Assembly (NCBI RefSeq): GCF_001949145.1 | Contig: NW_019091357.1 | Coordinates: 186,001-250,000, forward strand | Length of the DNA stretch: 64,000 nt | Direction: 5' to 3' | From: Acanthaster planci | Taxonomy: Eukaryota | Shown here: positions 52,501 to 64,000 of the stretch, in pieces | Layout: each line of letters starts with the position of its first letter | Position numbering within the stretch: the first letter of the stretch is position 1 | Translations under genes and position numbers: made by a program | Notes under the pieces: generated by a model | What the model was told of the DNA's origin: nothing | What the model saw: the letters and a program-made list of their open reading frames with translations, nothing else | The model's database searches: none

Positions 52501-55131
52501 TGCAGACGCATTTACTGTATATATTTTTCTACAAGGTTGTTAATGGTTAAGTCTGCTACAAGCCCAGTTGATGACATGCGTGGATTAAATAAGAGTTTTG
52601 ATGGTGACCTGACAAGTCAGGAAACAACCACAGGACATACGAACGCATAAAGCAGACTCAAGAAAGCACAGGCAAAATGTCAGGCATAGGAAAGCATTCC
52701 ACAACTCACACAGGCTGATGTCTGTCAAGTCAGCTAAAGATCGGCTGAATGTTGAATCAGGCGAGTCGAAATCATGTGGGGCAAGGGCATACAGGTCAAT
52801 ATCACCCAGACGATCCTGGTAACCAGATTCATAGGTGTCATTCAGGAAATCCTCATCAAGGTCCTCCTCAGATATTCCATTGGAGGTTTCTTCACTCTCA
52901 CCATCTCTGGAAGGGGTGTCTGTGGGACTGGAAGATGAGTCCTTGTCACGGGTCAAAGCCAGGTCAGCTAACAAGAAGTCCTTGTTCTCGCTAGGACTGT
53001 TGATTCCTGTGGAGAACAAAGCGCCCTCATTCAACTCACTGGTCAGCACAAGAAGTTCCTTGTTCAGCCGGAGAGACTTGGAGAGATGGTCAGAAGAGGT
53101 GAAAGTCTTAAAAGATGCACCTCCTTGGGGGAAACGACAAACCTGGATTGCGCCAAGAGGAATATGGCCACGAGAGAGAGGAGCTTTGGTGACAACACCG
53201 ATCTGTAAGACATAAGGATAGAAAGAGAAAAACAAGATTTGTGACAATGTTCTTTAATAAACAAATTCAGCAATTCTGCTTTACAGTTTCTAAAAATGTA
53301 CACTTCAGAAAGTACCGTATCAGGTAGTACTGATGCCATGCAGAAGATCAAGAAAGGTTAGCTACATGCTTAATGTATTTGACAACGGCACAGAAACAGC
53401 ATATGTATCTGCAAAAGGAAGACATGTACATGCAGAGAAAGGTGCATGCAAATTTCTATGGACAATTTTTACCGTACAAAAGGAAGTAACACAATTGAAC
53501 ACCAGCAGATTAAACAAACCATCAATGCACAAGAATACACAATGTCTGTTTACCTGTGAATGGTCCAAACTCCTAGGAAGAATAAAAGTATGATGCGTGC
53601 AAACAAAACAGCCACGAAACGTGTTAATGATCGATGAGTGAACCACATGTCCAATGTCAAGTTATTGCCAGTTGTTAATTGTTCTTAACAATCCAAGGTT
53701 GATGGGATTAAGTGGTACTGCATTTTTAACCCTCAAGGCCTCAAATCCTCTGAAATTGAACATGTTTTTGAAAACAAACCTGGATCCAGAACAGAAGACA
53801 TAAGGTACAGTTACCCAGTGATTGATGTTCTAATTTTGTTGGAATGCAATTCTGTTTCTTCGCAAAGGAGCCATTAGTTATTGGCAGTGTTTGTTTCACA
53901 CGAATCTGGATCACGATAAGTGATCTGTCAATTTACAGACACCAAAACTCACCTAATGGATGGTGCAAACCAGTGTTACCATCACTGATCAAAATCCAGA
54001 TCCGTGCGAAACAAACAGGTCCACAAAGTACTGTACACATGTATTACATGACTGCAGAAATACGATGGTTCAAAGCAATCAGGAACCATGAATAGACACT
54101 GAATATCAGAAAGGTGAGCATGTGGCCTAGTGGTTAGGGTTTCTACCTTCTGATTATGAGGTTGGGGGGTCTAAATCCAGCTGGTGGCAGCTACATGTAT
54201 GTGCCTCTTTCCACCCAGGAGTAGATGGGTAACTGTGGGGGCAGATGTGGTTAGGGTTAGCCATTTGCGTCAAAATGGCAGGATAAAGTTACTATACTCC
54301 CAAGGGCGCTGAATTGGTTTCAGGAATGTTCAGATGTTGGGGGATCAATGTGCAGGGATAATAACAACAACATGCCTTGATCACCTTCATCGTGAACACC
54401 TGTATGTTTCGCGCTTAATAAAATGTGACCACTATTATAACTGGCCAACAATATTTTGATAGAAATATCAGTAGATATGACAGGTATGACTAGAAATGAG
54501 ACAGAGATATACTCACCATGGGAAAGACACCTTCTGTTAGAATGTAATCCACAGTTTCTACTGCTTCTTCTTCTTCTTCTTTAGGTCTTAGATCATAGTC
54601 ATCCCATTCAAGTTCTGCATCATGCAATGTTGGACCACCACCATGATGTAAGTGAGAGCTCCTCTGTCGAGTGGTCTGCTTTCCTGTTGGTTTCTCTGAA
54701 CTAAATTCGTAATGGTCCCATTCTAAATCAAAGTCCGGTGGATGCGGTCGATAATTGTTATGGGCATGGTTACTGTAACCTTGACTGCTGTGGATGCTAT
54801 GGTGATGATTGCTGTGGTTGTTATGGTAACCACCACGCCCAGTGTTGCTACCACCTCGGCCACGCCGGTTGCCGTAGTTATTATAGGGGCGGGGTGGTTT
54901 CGGGACGGAATAGACAGAGACAGAGTTGTTGTAGTTGCTGTGGGCAGGGCTTGGTCGTGGGGGAGGACTGCCGTAGTGGTTCTGATGGTAACCTCGGTGT
55001 GGACTCTGGTATCCCCCAGAGTGATGGGATGACTCACCTGCTGAGCGGTGAGGAGGAACTTGGACTTGATGATGGTGATGAGTGTGGTGATGGGGATTGG
55101 GATGGTACATGCGACCGTACGCCTGAGACAT
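46545..55131 (-). CDS. AKAP7: AKAP7-like 2H phosphoesterase (2',5'-phosphodiesterase / RNA-ligase-like domain) with long low-complexity N- and C-terminal extensions
   Basis: Core exons are high confidence: 51238-51161, 51031-50856 (basic KVKKRKRK, then PNFFVAVQVSNPQ), 50692-50556 (ATLHLTIMV, first HxT at 50597-50605), 50117-49954 (FGGLGHFNNQVMFAKI), 49243-48974 (FKPHLTVMKLS, second HxT at 49170-49178; LQLCS; DGYY), 47512-47417, 47083-46545 (TGA). Upstream exons 55131-54517, 53202-53143 (or to 52710) and 52423-51685 join in phase but are less certain. About 856-958 codons depending on the splice route. Confidence 0.8.
47855..48206. repeat. Composite repeat with a tRNA-like head between direct repeats
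   Basis: GGGCAAAAATCCAAAAT..ATTAACATCTC at ~47902 and ~48149. TGGTCGAGTGGTTAAGAC...GGTTTGACTCCCAC at 48009-48068. Confidence 0.65.
48206..48915. repeat. 11-12-bp tandem array (CACAAGACCA(G)T) around an N gap, with inverted ends
   Basis: Units lie on both sides of gap 48256-48780. Left end GTTGTG..GGTCAAGACCA is mirrored by TGGTCTTGACCACAAC at ~48899-48914. Confidence 0.7.
54117..54440 (+). mobile_element. tRNA-derived SINE, related to 12707-13035
   Basis: TGGCCTAGTGGTTAGG...CTTCTGATTAT...CTAAATCC head, CCCAGGAGTAGATGGGTA core, GCGCTTAATAAAATGT...TATTAT tail. Confidence 0.75.
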
Positions 55132-57034
55132 GGGGACAGTAGCTCAGGGATGCTAGGAAGGGGAGGACAGATGGTTGGATGACCAGATGAATGGACGCAG
55201 AATGACTGGTCATTGCTTAGTTGATACTTATCCAGTTACCGGCATCTGCAGAAAGATCAAATAGAATGAGACAAGATTTCAGTTTACAACAACCTGTAAC
55301 CTGTAACTGACATCCAGCTTTTATAAAGTTACTCCAAACTTCACATAATTTGTCTTGGTTGCTTGAAACCTTTCTTATCTTTGACCGTATTATGGACAAT
55401 TACAAAGGCAGGTGATGGCACCTTGCAAGAACCTTTTACTTATTTGCATGTATCACTACACGACTTTCTACATAATTTGACAATGTTCCATTCTGCTCCA
55501 TCTGTAATGTTATGAAATTATTTTTACCACTGCACTCGTACACAATGAATTGTATAATACCTAAGTGTTAAAATTTGTACAGCAAAACAGAACAAGGATA
55601 CCATTTACATGTACATCACCAAACACAACGGCTACTGTATGAACACACTGGCCTGTCGGGCGAGTTCCTTCAACTGACTGGAAACAGATGTTTAGGAAAA
55701 AACGACAAATTACTTCAAAACCAACACGAACTCCCCTCGGCATCACAACAGAATCCAAAACTTGAAGGGAAGTGAGCCTTTCAATCGGTAAATCTGCTTT
55801 CCGCCCCTGAATGCCCAATACAAATATCCTTCAATTTCCTTGGTTTCATGGGGCCATTTCGGCAGGTCTTGTTAATAGATGGCAGATGTCGACAGGGTAA
55901 GATTGATACCTGACTAGGGCTCCCTCTGGGGTTAGGAATCAGCCAAGTCATCTAGGGTACCGGTACATTGAGTGAACTGATACCTGGATCCTATCAATGT
56001 GTGTACATGTACATTGTGCGTGTGGTTTCCAGGGTACTAAGAGTAGGAACACTGACAGTCTCAGGCGGTGATGGACCATTTCCTGTCGCGGATAACTTTG
56101 TACGATTGCAGTATCAAGATGTAACTTAAGTACTGCTCCAAAACTGGTAAACACAGGCACTCTGAACAAGCACATCTGGACCTACATCATTAAAAATATT
56201 CTGAACAGCTACACGTAGTTTGCACAGAAAAACAGGCAGCAAACTGTCCCTTTTGAAATTTAAACTGAAAAACTTACAAATCTACAAATCTACCGGTACA
56301 TGTGTACACTACTTGAAGAGATCCATCAAAAAGTCAGCGGAATAAGGTTGGCCATGTACAGGAAGTTTGGCAGGTTATTACTAATACTTCTCAGATGGCA
56401 GTTTGAATGACCCGGCCAAGATTAACCACTCGTTTTCTTAGAATTACCCTTCTTGGGGGTTATTATTTATTTTTATTAATTAATTCTTAATCTTTTTCAA
56501 AAGTTAAGTTCTTGTGTAATTTCCTTTACTCAATTTCCTTTAATTAAATCACATTAATCAGCTAACTTTCAGGATGTTGATTTTCATCTCCAACTTTCAA
56601 TTTACAAATGCACCCTCCCTGAAACTCTAAATATTGCCCTACATGTACATGGTTTTGATGAAATTTCAGATGCTTCATGCTCCGAGCTTCAAGATGCGCT
56701 AAAAATCAGCTTTCGATTTGTGAAATCTACCAGAATAGCTAACCCAGCATGCCATGGTATGGAACATTTCTGCACAAACGGATAGGGTATAAGTTACCAA
56801 AACTCCTCAACAATAATTCCGCGAAAAAAGGTGAAGCTTTCTAGACATTTTACTCACTAAAAACAGGCATTTTGTTGTTGTTGTTGTTGTTGTTGTTCAT
56901 TCAAACACAAATAAAGTGTGATTGGGGGATGTTTTTGGCAACTGTTCAGCAACATGTACATGTACTTGTGAACTTCATACTACCGGTAATTAAAATTGAT
57001 TTTGTTAGGGCTAGGGTTAATTTGCTTCTCTACT

Positions 57035-57175
57035 GGGTGAAAGGTGTTGACATTTTCCCATAAATTTGTGAAAAAATGTGTGAATATTTTCCCACCTGTG
57101 AAAATTTTTCCCACCTGTGAAAAAAGGTGTGAAAATTTTCCCACTGAGGGGAAAATTTTTCAAAATTTGTGAAAT
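57035..57175. repeat. Short degenerate tandem repeat
   Basis: Recurring TTTTCCCACCTGTGAAAA / GTGAAAATTTT units. Confidence 0.7.
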
Positions 57176-58875
57176 GAATAGGCCAATTCATTTTCATAGA
57201 TGGGAAAGTGTATAAAAATTGTCCCACTTTTGAGGTTACCGTAACTTTCAATTGCACTGTACTGTACATGTACATTATACTTTGACTGTTAATATGATTA
57301 CGATTCAGCTTAAGCACACAAGCACGAGTGGAACACGGAATAATGTAGTGTGTCTGTGTCCCATAAACATCCCACGTTTGAATTTCAAGTAACCTTTGCA
57401 GCTGTGCCTTTTTGCTTTAAGTGTAAAACAGTGCAATGCATGGGCTTAAAATATCGCATCATGCAGGGTTTGATATGAACCACACAACACAGTTATACAT
57501 GTATGTCACACCGTTTGTTGCCATGGATCGACCAATCAGAATTCAAGTCTGTTTTGAAGATAAAGGTGCATATGTACAATGTATGCATGTACTGATACCA
57601 GTATGCCCTTACCAATGTGCAGGAGCAACAGACCCCGAGCTGGACTAAGAAAGGGTACAATTTTCCAAGCAACAAAGGCTCGTCTGGTACCTGTATGATA
57701 ATACATTGTAACTACGCATCGCTGATTCATGAAATACTATGAAACATAAGGATTGCAACCAACAAAAGGAACACTTTCGACCAACATGGCTCTTTTGAAA
57801 TGATGCGCAAGAGGAAGCTTCTGCTCAGGGAAGATACCCCGGTAGAGTCCAACAGGAAGACGTCTAACTCTGGTCAGTCAGTCATTGGTGAAATCACGTT
57901 ATTATTCCTCTATCACGGATCCATTTCTTGCTACTCTCTCAATTTGGCACAATTATTTCCACGTCACCAGTACCCCGTGGTCTGGTTCCACACAGTCTGA
58001 GTTGTGTATTCAAGGAAGTGGCTACCCGGTAGTTAACCATACTCGGACATGCTCTTGAATAAGCAGAAACGGTTAAGTTCAGATGCAAACAATAGTTCCA
58101 TCAGCAGTCAATTGCTTTTTAACAACGTGCACATGCAATTCAGTTACACTCGAATGACCCTACTCGTAGTTGGTCAATATATTAAAATCTCATTCTTACA
58201 TTTCACAGTTGGCTGCGACTCTCGCAGCATACATGGTCAATGAAATCTCGTACAATTACTTTCATGTGAATGGTTCCCATTGTAAACGAAATCGTCTATT
58301 GATAAGTAGCGGTGCAACCATACCAGGACCCCTGGGCCTGGTCCCAAATGGTCGACTACTCGGACTAGACAGTCCAAACCATTTGTCGTTCGGGCAGTGT
58401 TAGTCGAACTATAGTTTACTATTGTTGTCACTTGAACCTGCCCCACATGAACCGGTACATGTAGGCTTAGTCTGTACCAAGACTAGCATGCAGCAGCATT
58501 ACATGTACATGTACATTGTAGATGGACTGGGTCCGTGACCAGATCAGGCCAACAATGTACGTACAATTAACAGCATGAGTATGCAGACTTGGTTATTCTT
58601 AGGGACCCGTCTCCATCCTAAGTAAATTTCCTGTTGTAGGACATGAATGAGATGATATTTTTCAGGTCGCTTTTTGACAGGATTAATTTATAGGCAAGTT
58701 GCAGTGTTTCAATCAATTCCCTAGCTCTCGACCATAGCAGCCATGGACCTTTTGATATTTAAATCACGGAGGAAGGAAAAGACAAGAACCCACACACGAG
58801 GCACCTGTAAATTAAAGTGCTCTTGGCAGGTTGGATTAGGGAAAGGTAATAGAGGGCTTGTCTCTACACATGGGG

Positions 58876-59125
58876 GTGATTCCAGAAATTAGGGTTACAT
58901 TTTTTTTCGTGTCCCTGTCACATCTGACATGATTTTTTAAGTTCAGAATTTTCTAATTTCCAAGAGTGAGGAATTAATCCAAATTAACTGCCAAACAAAT
59001 AGTAATACATGTACATGTAGTTTGAAATCAATTCCGGTGATATTTCCATGTCAAATAACAAAGGTCAGATGTAACAGGGACACCAAAAAGTCACACTTTT
59101 GGACACCTAATTTCTGGAATTAACC
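58876..59125. mobile_element. MITE with long imperfect inverted repeats
   Basis: GGTGATTCCAGAAATTAGG ... CCTAATTTCTGGAATTAACC, with an inner pair GTGTCCCTGTCACATCTGAC / GTCAGATGTAACAGGGACAC. Confidence 0.75.
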
Positions 59126-60759
59126 ATTCCGGTATGTAATCATGGAAAACCCCAAATCCAAGATTTTGACAAATCTTTCAGAGCCAATAATGACTTTAAT
59201 TAAGGAATCCCATCAACATTCATGAAACTGTTTAGCTTCTTTACAGGCCCACCAACTCTACATCTACATGCACAATCCAATCAACTCAAATTGAAAAAAA
59301 AAACTTTTTGATTTGTGACAATGGAAACTGTGCGGTGTTTGCTGTAAAACACCTAAAACAGCATGAGGGGAATAAACTAGAACACAATACCATACCGGTA
59401 AGTACTTGTACAACACAGAAGGTTAAAATGATTCAAGAGCTAAGCAGCTATCAATTAACAATCACCTGTCCAGTGAGCAGCAGTGAATCACCTTCCCAGA
59501 GGCAACAACACTGGATCAGTGTACAGCTTCATGTACATACTACATGTACATGTATGTACCTATTTTGAATTGCCAATAAGTTGGTGTTATCTGAAATAAC
59601 TTATTATATTATTTCACATGACTTGATTACTGAACACCTGACTTATTGACTTCTACCAGTATCACTTGCGGTCCCATGCCAATTATGTCCTGGCCATTAT
59701 TTTAATTTCTGAACACTTCTAAAAATAGCATGACCTGATTGCAGTACAAGTGTGCTCATGATTTACCCAGATGATCCAGGCAATCACACAGATTTGCTGA
59801 GCAGCTATAAATTTATTTGAGATAATGAAAAAAAAAGAGAAAATTATATTTTCGGGTAATTTTCCATTGAAGTACATGCACAAGTATACACATGTACACA
59901 TGAATGATCATACACTTCCTACATCCAAACCACAACAACTTCATCCATTCAACTGACCATGAATTTCTACAAACTTTCTGTGACCTTTTCCAAGGAAGAA
60001 ACTTGAATGAATTTGATTAAACCAGACCCACTTACCATACCATTCCTACCAGTACAAGTACCGGGGGTATGTATTCTTGGCCATTCCACCGCTCCAAAGG
60101 TTCCTCTCCATCAAGCATCCCAGATTTTCTGAGTAAACTACCGTATCTGAGCGACAGCTGACAACTTACTGTAAGGGAGGGGGAAATTAGCCCCTCCCCT
60201 AGGGAAGAATGTTTGGCCATGCCATAGGGTACTGACTGTCAATATTGTTCAATTTTATAAAGAGTTACATGTACATGTACATGTAGAAATACTGGCATGG
60301 CTGATTAATCTCAATTGTGAGGTAAAAGGCAATGGGACTGATCATATGTCATTAGAGGATGGTACCAATTTGTAAATGAGTCATCTACGAGTAGATGCAG
60401 TCATTATTCAAGACAAGAAATTTCTAAGCAAATAGGCCTACCGTACACCATATCATGCAGCACATCATACATTGATTGGGCCTATACACATGCACAGTGT
60501 TCAGGTACTGGTACATTAATAGAGTTTGGCAACTCAACAAATAAAGACGAGCAACAAAACTTGTAACCCTCCTCAAATCCTCCCACCTTTCCCAGGACCC
60601 TGAGCATCAAACCTTGAAGGGTTTTCTACACAAAACAACTCCTTAAGCAACAAAACATGCAAGCCTGATGAATACCATGCCACAGTATGCCAACATGCAT
60701 ACTTCCAAGAGTTCTTTTAAAATGCAGAGTGATCTTATACATGTATTAGCGCCAACCAA

Positions 60760-61012
60760 CACGTACGGAACATGTACATGCAGGTACCGGTACATGTACA
60801 ATGTACCTACATTGTACATGTACATGTAAGTGTATACATGTACAGTACAGTGTACGGTATATACAGTACATCTCCACTCCACTCCAGCACTTGGACGTTG
60901 TGTTTACATGGCACATGTACATGTACATGAAGGTTATGCAAGCACATATTTTCCTGGAAATATCTACTGTAGACATACAGTACATTTACACACGTATACA
61001 TGTACTAGTACG
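60760..61012. repeat. Dense TACATG/GTAC palindromic simple-repeat cluster
   Basis: Many adjacent TACATGTACATG and GTACAGTACAG units. Confidence 0.85.
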
Positions 61013-61320
61013 CTATCCCTGATGTGTCAAGTCCCTCTCAACCATGATACATATACTGAAAAACCTTCCACTTTCAAAGCAATAACGGCATTCCTTTTTA
61101 GGAAATGTTAGGAATCACATGAACAGAACGCTTAAAGGCCGCCAGTGCAAGATGTGTGACAACACATTTTTAAAAAGTCCAAGCCTCCATACTTTGTTTG
61201 GAAATTGCCAGTTTCAGATTTGTCACATTTGGTAGTTCAAGTCACACAGACTGTATACATTCCATCTGCCTGACTCAGGGTCAGAGTTCACAAATAAGTC
61301 TGGGTGCTCTGGAAAGCCTG

Positions 61321-61792
61321 AGGGTGTAGTCCACTAATTCAGGTCCCATTGAAAATAGTGTAAAATCAGCATCGTTCGGGGCCAAGTAATATGCGCACCA
61401 ACATTCCTGAGGCATCTGAAACACAAGTTAAAGTATTGTATGGTCCATAATCTTTCACTTTCTTTTCAATTTTCTGTGGGTTAACCGATTATATTTTGAG
61501 TAATTCCCTCAAAACAAAATTACCCCCCAAAAAGGATTTTTCGAAAGTCTGCTTGCAGCCATTTTTCCAGTGACAACCCTCAACTTTCTGGGGCACTTAG
61601 GGCTATTTTTCAACAGTGTTTTTTAGCCATTCTGCTCTCAGATGAAAGCCCAAAGACCCAGGGAGTTGATATTGGCAAAGATTTACACAATCTCACCATT
61701 TTTGGGGGCCATACAATCTCCTTTTTCAAAAGATACTGTGGGGGCACTTTTAATGCTAATGAGCTGGCCAGAAATTAGTGGACTGCACTCCT
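61321..61792. mobile_element. MITE
   Basis: AGGGTGTAGTCCACTAATT ... AATTAGTGGACTGCACTCCT inverted termini. Confidence 0.7.
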
Positions 61793-64000
61793 GAGTCCCA
61801 AACCTAGTCAACTTGTATAGCACAGCACATACCATACAAAGGTGCATTTAGAAATGAAGTACAGGTACATGTATGGTACCGATACAAAGTAGAGGCCAAT
61901 GATGTACGTTTTACTTACTGCATTTCATGTTAAGTTTCTCAGCATCAAATACTCTGCAATATCTGCACAAGACACTTGATGCCATGGCAACAAACCGGCT
62001 GACATCAAAAACACCGTCCAGTTTTTATGGATGGTGTCTTCATGCAGCTACTGATCACTGGAAGTTCACTCTAATTGACACATTTTAGTGTACAAGTCTG
62101 GTAACACAGGTTCTCAAGTAATAATATGCATAGTACAGGGAATACCGGTACATCCATGTTTCATGTGTACATGTACGTGTACATGACATGTACGATTGTA
62201 GGCCAACATTGTGCAAAGCCAGACAAAATTACGTTCTCAGCTGGTTGCAAATACCGTACATGTGCCTTCCAGAAATCTGGCAGTCAACATGACTACAGCT
62301 ACAATGTAAATGTGCCAGTATTATCTTACCTGACATGTGTCACATGTAATACACATTTTACATGTATGTTCCTTGCCCTTCATACTTGACCATATCAGTC
62401 ACACTATGGTCATACGTGCAATACATGTACATGTACATGCATGATGCATCAAACTGTGTGAACGTACATGTTTGTGTACTGTACAGTGTTTGTACATGTA
62501 CATGTACGTCCTCACTAATCACAGACCAGTCAAAATAACCAGTCTAGAAATGAACTGGCCACAGCAGAAGTTACATGTATCAACAACAACACATCATTAG
62601 CATCAACCTTCTTGACATCTCTAGCCTGCCAAATCAATCACAGTTTGATCCATGACCATTCATTTCAGCATTGCCTCTTAAACTCAGCTTGCCAGCTCAA
62701 CTCCAGACAGTAATTAACATTCAGCCAGCCTGCTTTGTAATAATGGTCAGCTGTGAAATAATCACACAGCCAAAAGAATACTGCAAGAACTCTGAACTTG
62801 AAGTGCATGCATGTCTCGTACTTATAATAAAAGAATGAATCATCGTCACCAACAGTATGGTGACGAGTGTGTATGATTTGAGGACTGTGTATTATTGTAC
62901 ACTGATGGTGAGATGAGCTTCACTGAGATTCTTGTCAATGTGTGGCGTGATGTCATACATGTATCAGGCCAGGAGATCTGTTCTGCACATTACGTGGGGC
63001 TGTAACATGGCTGAATACTTCTGTAGGGGACTGTATGGCAAATATAAACAGAGAGAAAGGTAGAGTACATCGAATAATATACACGCACAACACATGCAGG
63101 ATACATGTACATGTTGTATACTTTCCTGTCGGTCTAGAAATGTAAACAACAGTTTTCTCTGTTAACTTTTATCGCGTAAGTGCAGGGTAGAAGATGGGTT
63201 CATATACATGTAAATCAGTATTGTGGAAATGAATGCAAATGTGAATCTGATATCATAGTGTATTCACTGTGAAATTTGCCAAAGTTGAAATGTGATAGAC
63301 TTGGCACAAAACTCATGAAGTAATTATAAATTCTCTACTTGCATTTCCTTTTCTCTACATGTATGTTACAGAGTGAATTGTAGCGGGTAGCATCTTCTAA
63401 GCCACTTTAAACAAGATTCTATTTGTTCCTTCCTGTCTGCTCACAGTTCTCCGACGTTTCCTCTCTACTAACAATCAATTTGCTAGACTCTACAAAGTGT
63501 CCCGTGTAACATCCATTGCAGTTACGACACATCTGCCCAGATGAAGGTTTGAATTCCCAGTGCAGAGCAATTGGCAATTCAGCAAATGTGTAATACATGT
63601 ACATTAAAATCTTGGCCATACATGTATGTTGTAAAATTAAACATTCTTTTTAAGCTAAACTGTGCCTGATATACATGTATGGAGTACAGTACATGTACAT
63701 GTAAATGTTTCCAAAAACTGATATTCTTGGTAACATGGATACCTTTTTTTGCATAATTGTTCTCATATTTTAATGGCAAGCATAAGATGTTACAATGTAC
63801 TTGATGGCAGCAAAATTCTGAATATCACAGTTTGACCCTGTTTGTTGCCTCACCACACTTGATAACTGAGGCACCTTAATTTCTCCACATACACGTGTAC
63901 CGTACATGTACAATGTATGTGTGTCAGTACATTATGAATCCATTAACCCTAACAGTGTGGCATATCATTTGGCTCAGAGGACTCAGGACAAAATAATACA

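Noticed and set aside
54723..55142. Overlapping alternative-frame and antisense ORFs here and over the receptor and 51735-53215
   Set aside because: They are shadows of real coding or low-complexity sequence.
55246..64000. Additional protein-coding gene in the last 9 kb
   Set aside because: Only short ORFs dominated by TACATG-derived peptides (MYMY, TCTC, HVHV); no coherent exon chain was found.

Overview
This is invertebrate metazoan genomic DNA: AT-rich, with GT-AG introns, four N gaps and abundant TACATGTA. It is not prokaryotic, and the species cannot be fixed from the sequence alone. Contents: (1) the 3' ~1,977 codons of a laminin alpha-1/2-type gene on +, traced by hand as 40 phase-consistent exons (550-28680); (2) a 5-HT1-like serotonin receptor with an intronless CDS (19707-21137, -), nested antisense in the one 10.8-kb laminin intron; (3) a degenerate, intron-containing NKAP-like pseudogene (38262-41721, -) that the ORF track does not reveal; (4) an AKAP7-like 2H-phosphoesterase gene (46545-55131, -). 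Its predicted N-terminal exon has a His/Asn/Tyr-rich RGG region plus two LEWD motifs resembling kinesin-light-chain cargo motifs. The rest is MITEs, tRNA-derived SINEs and tandem repeats. All family assignments come from recognised motifs, not database searches.
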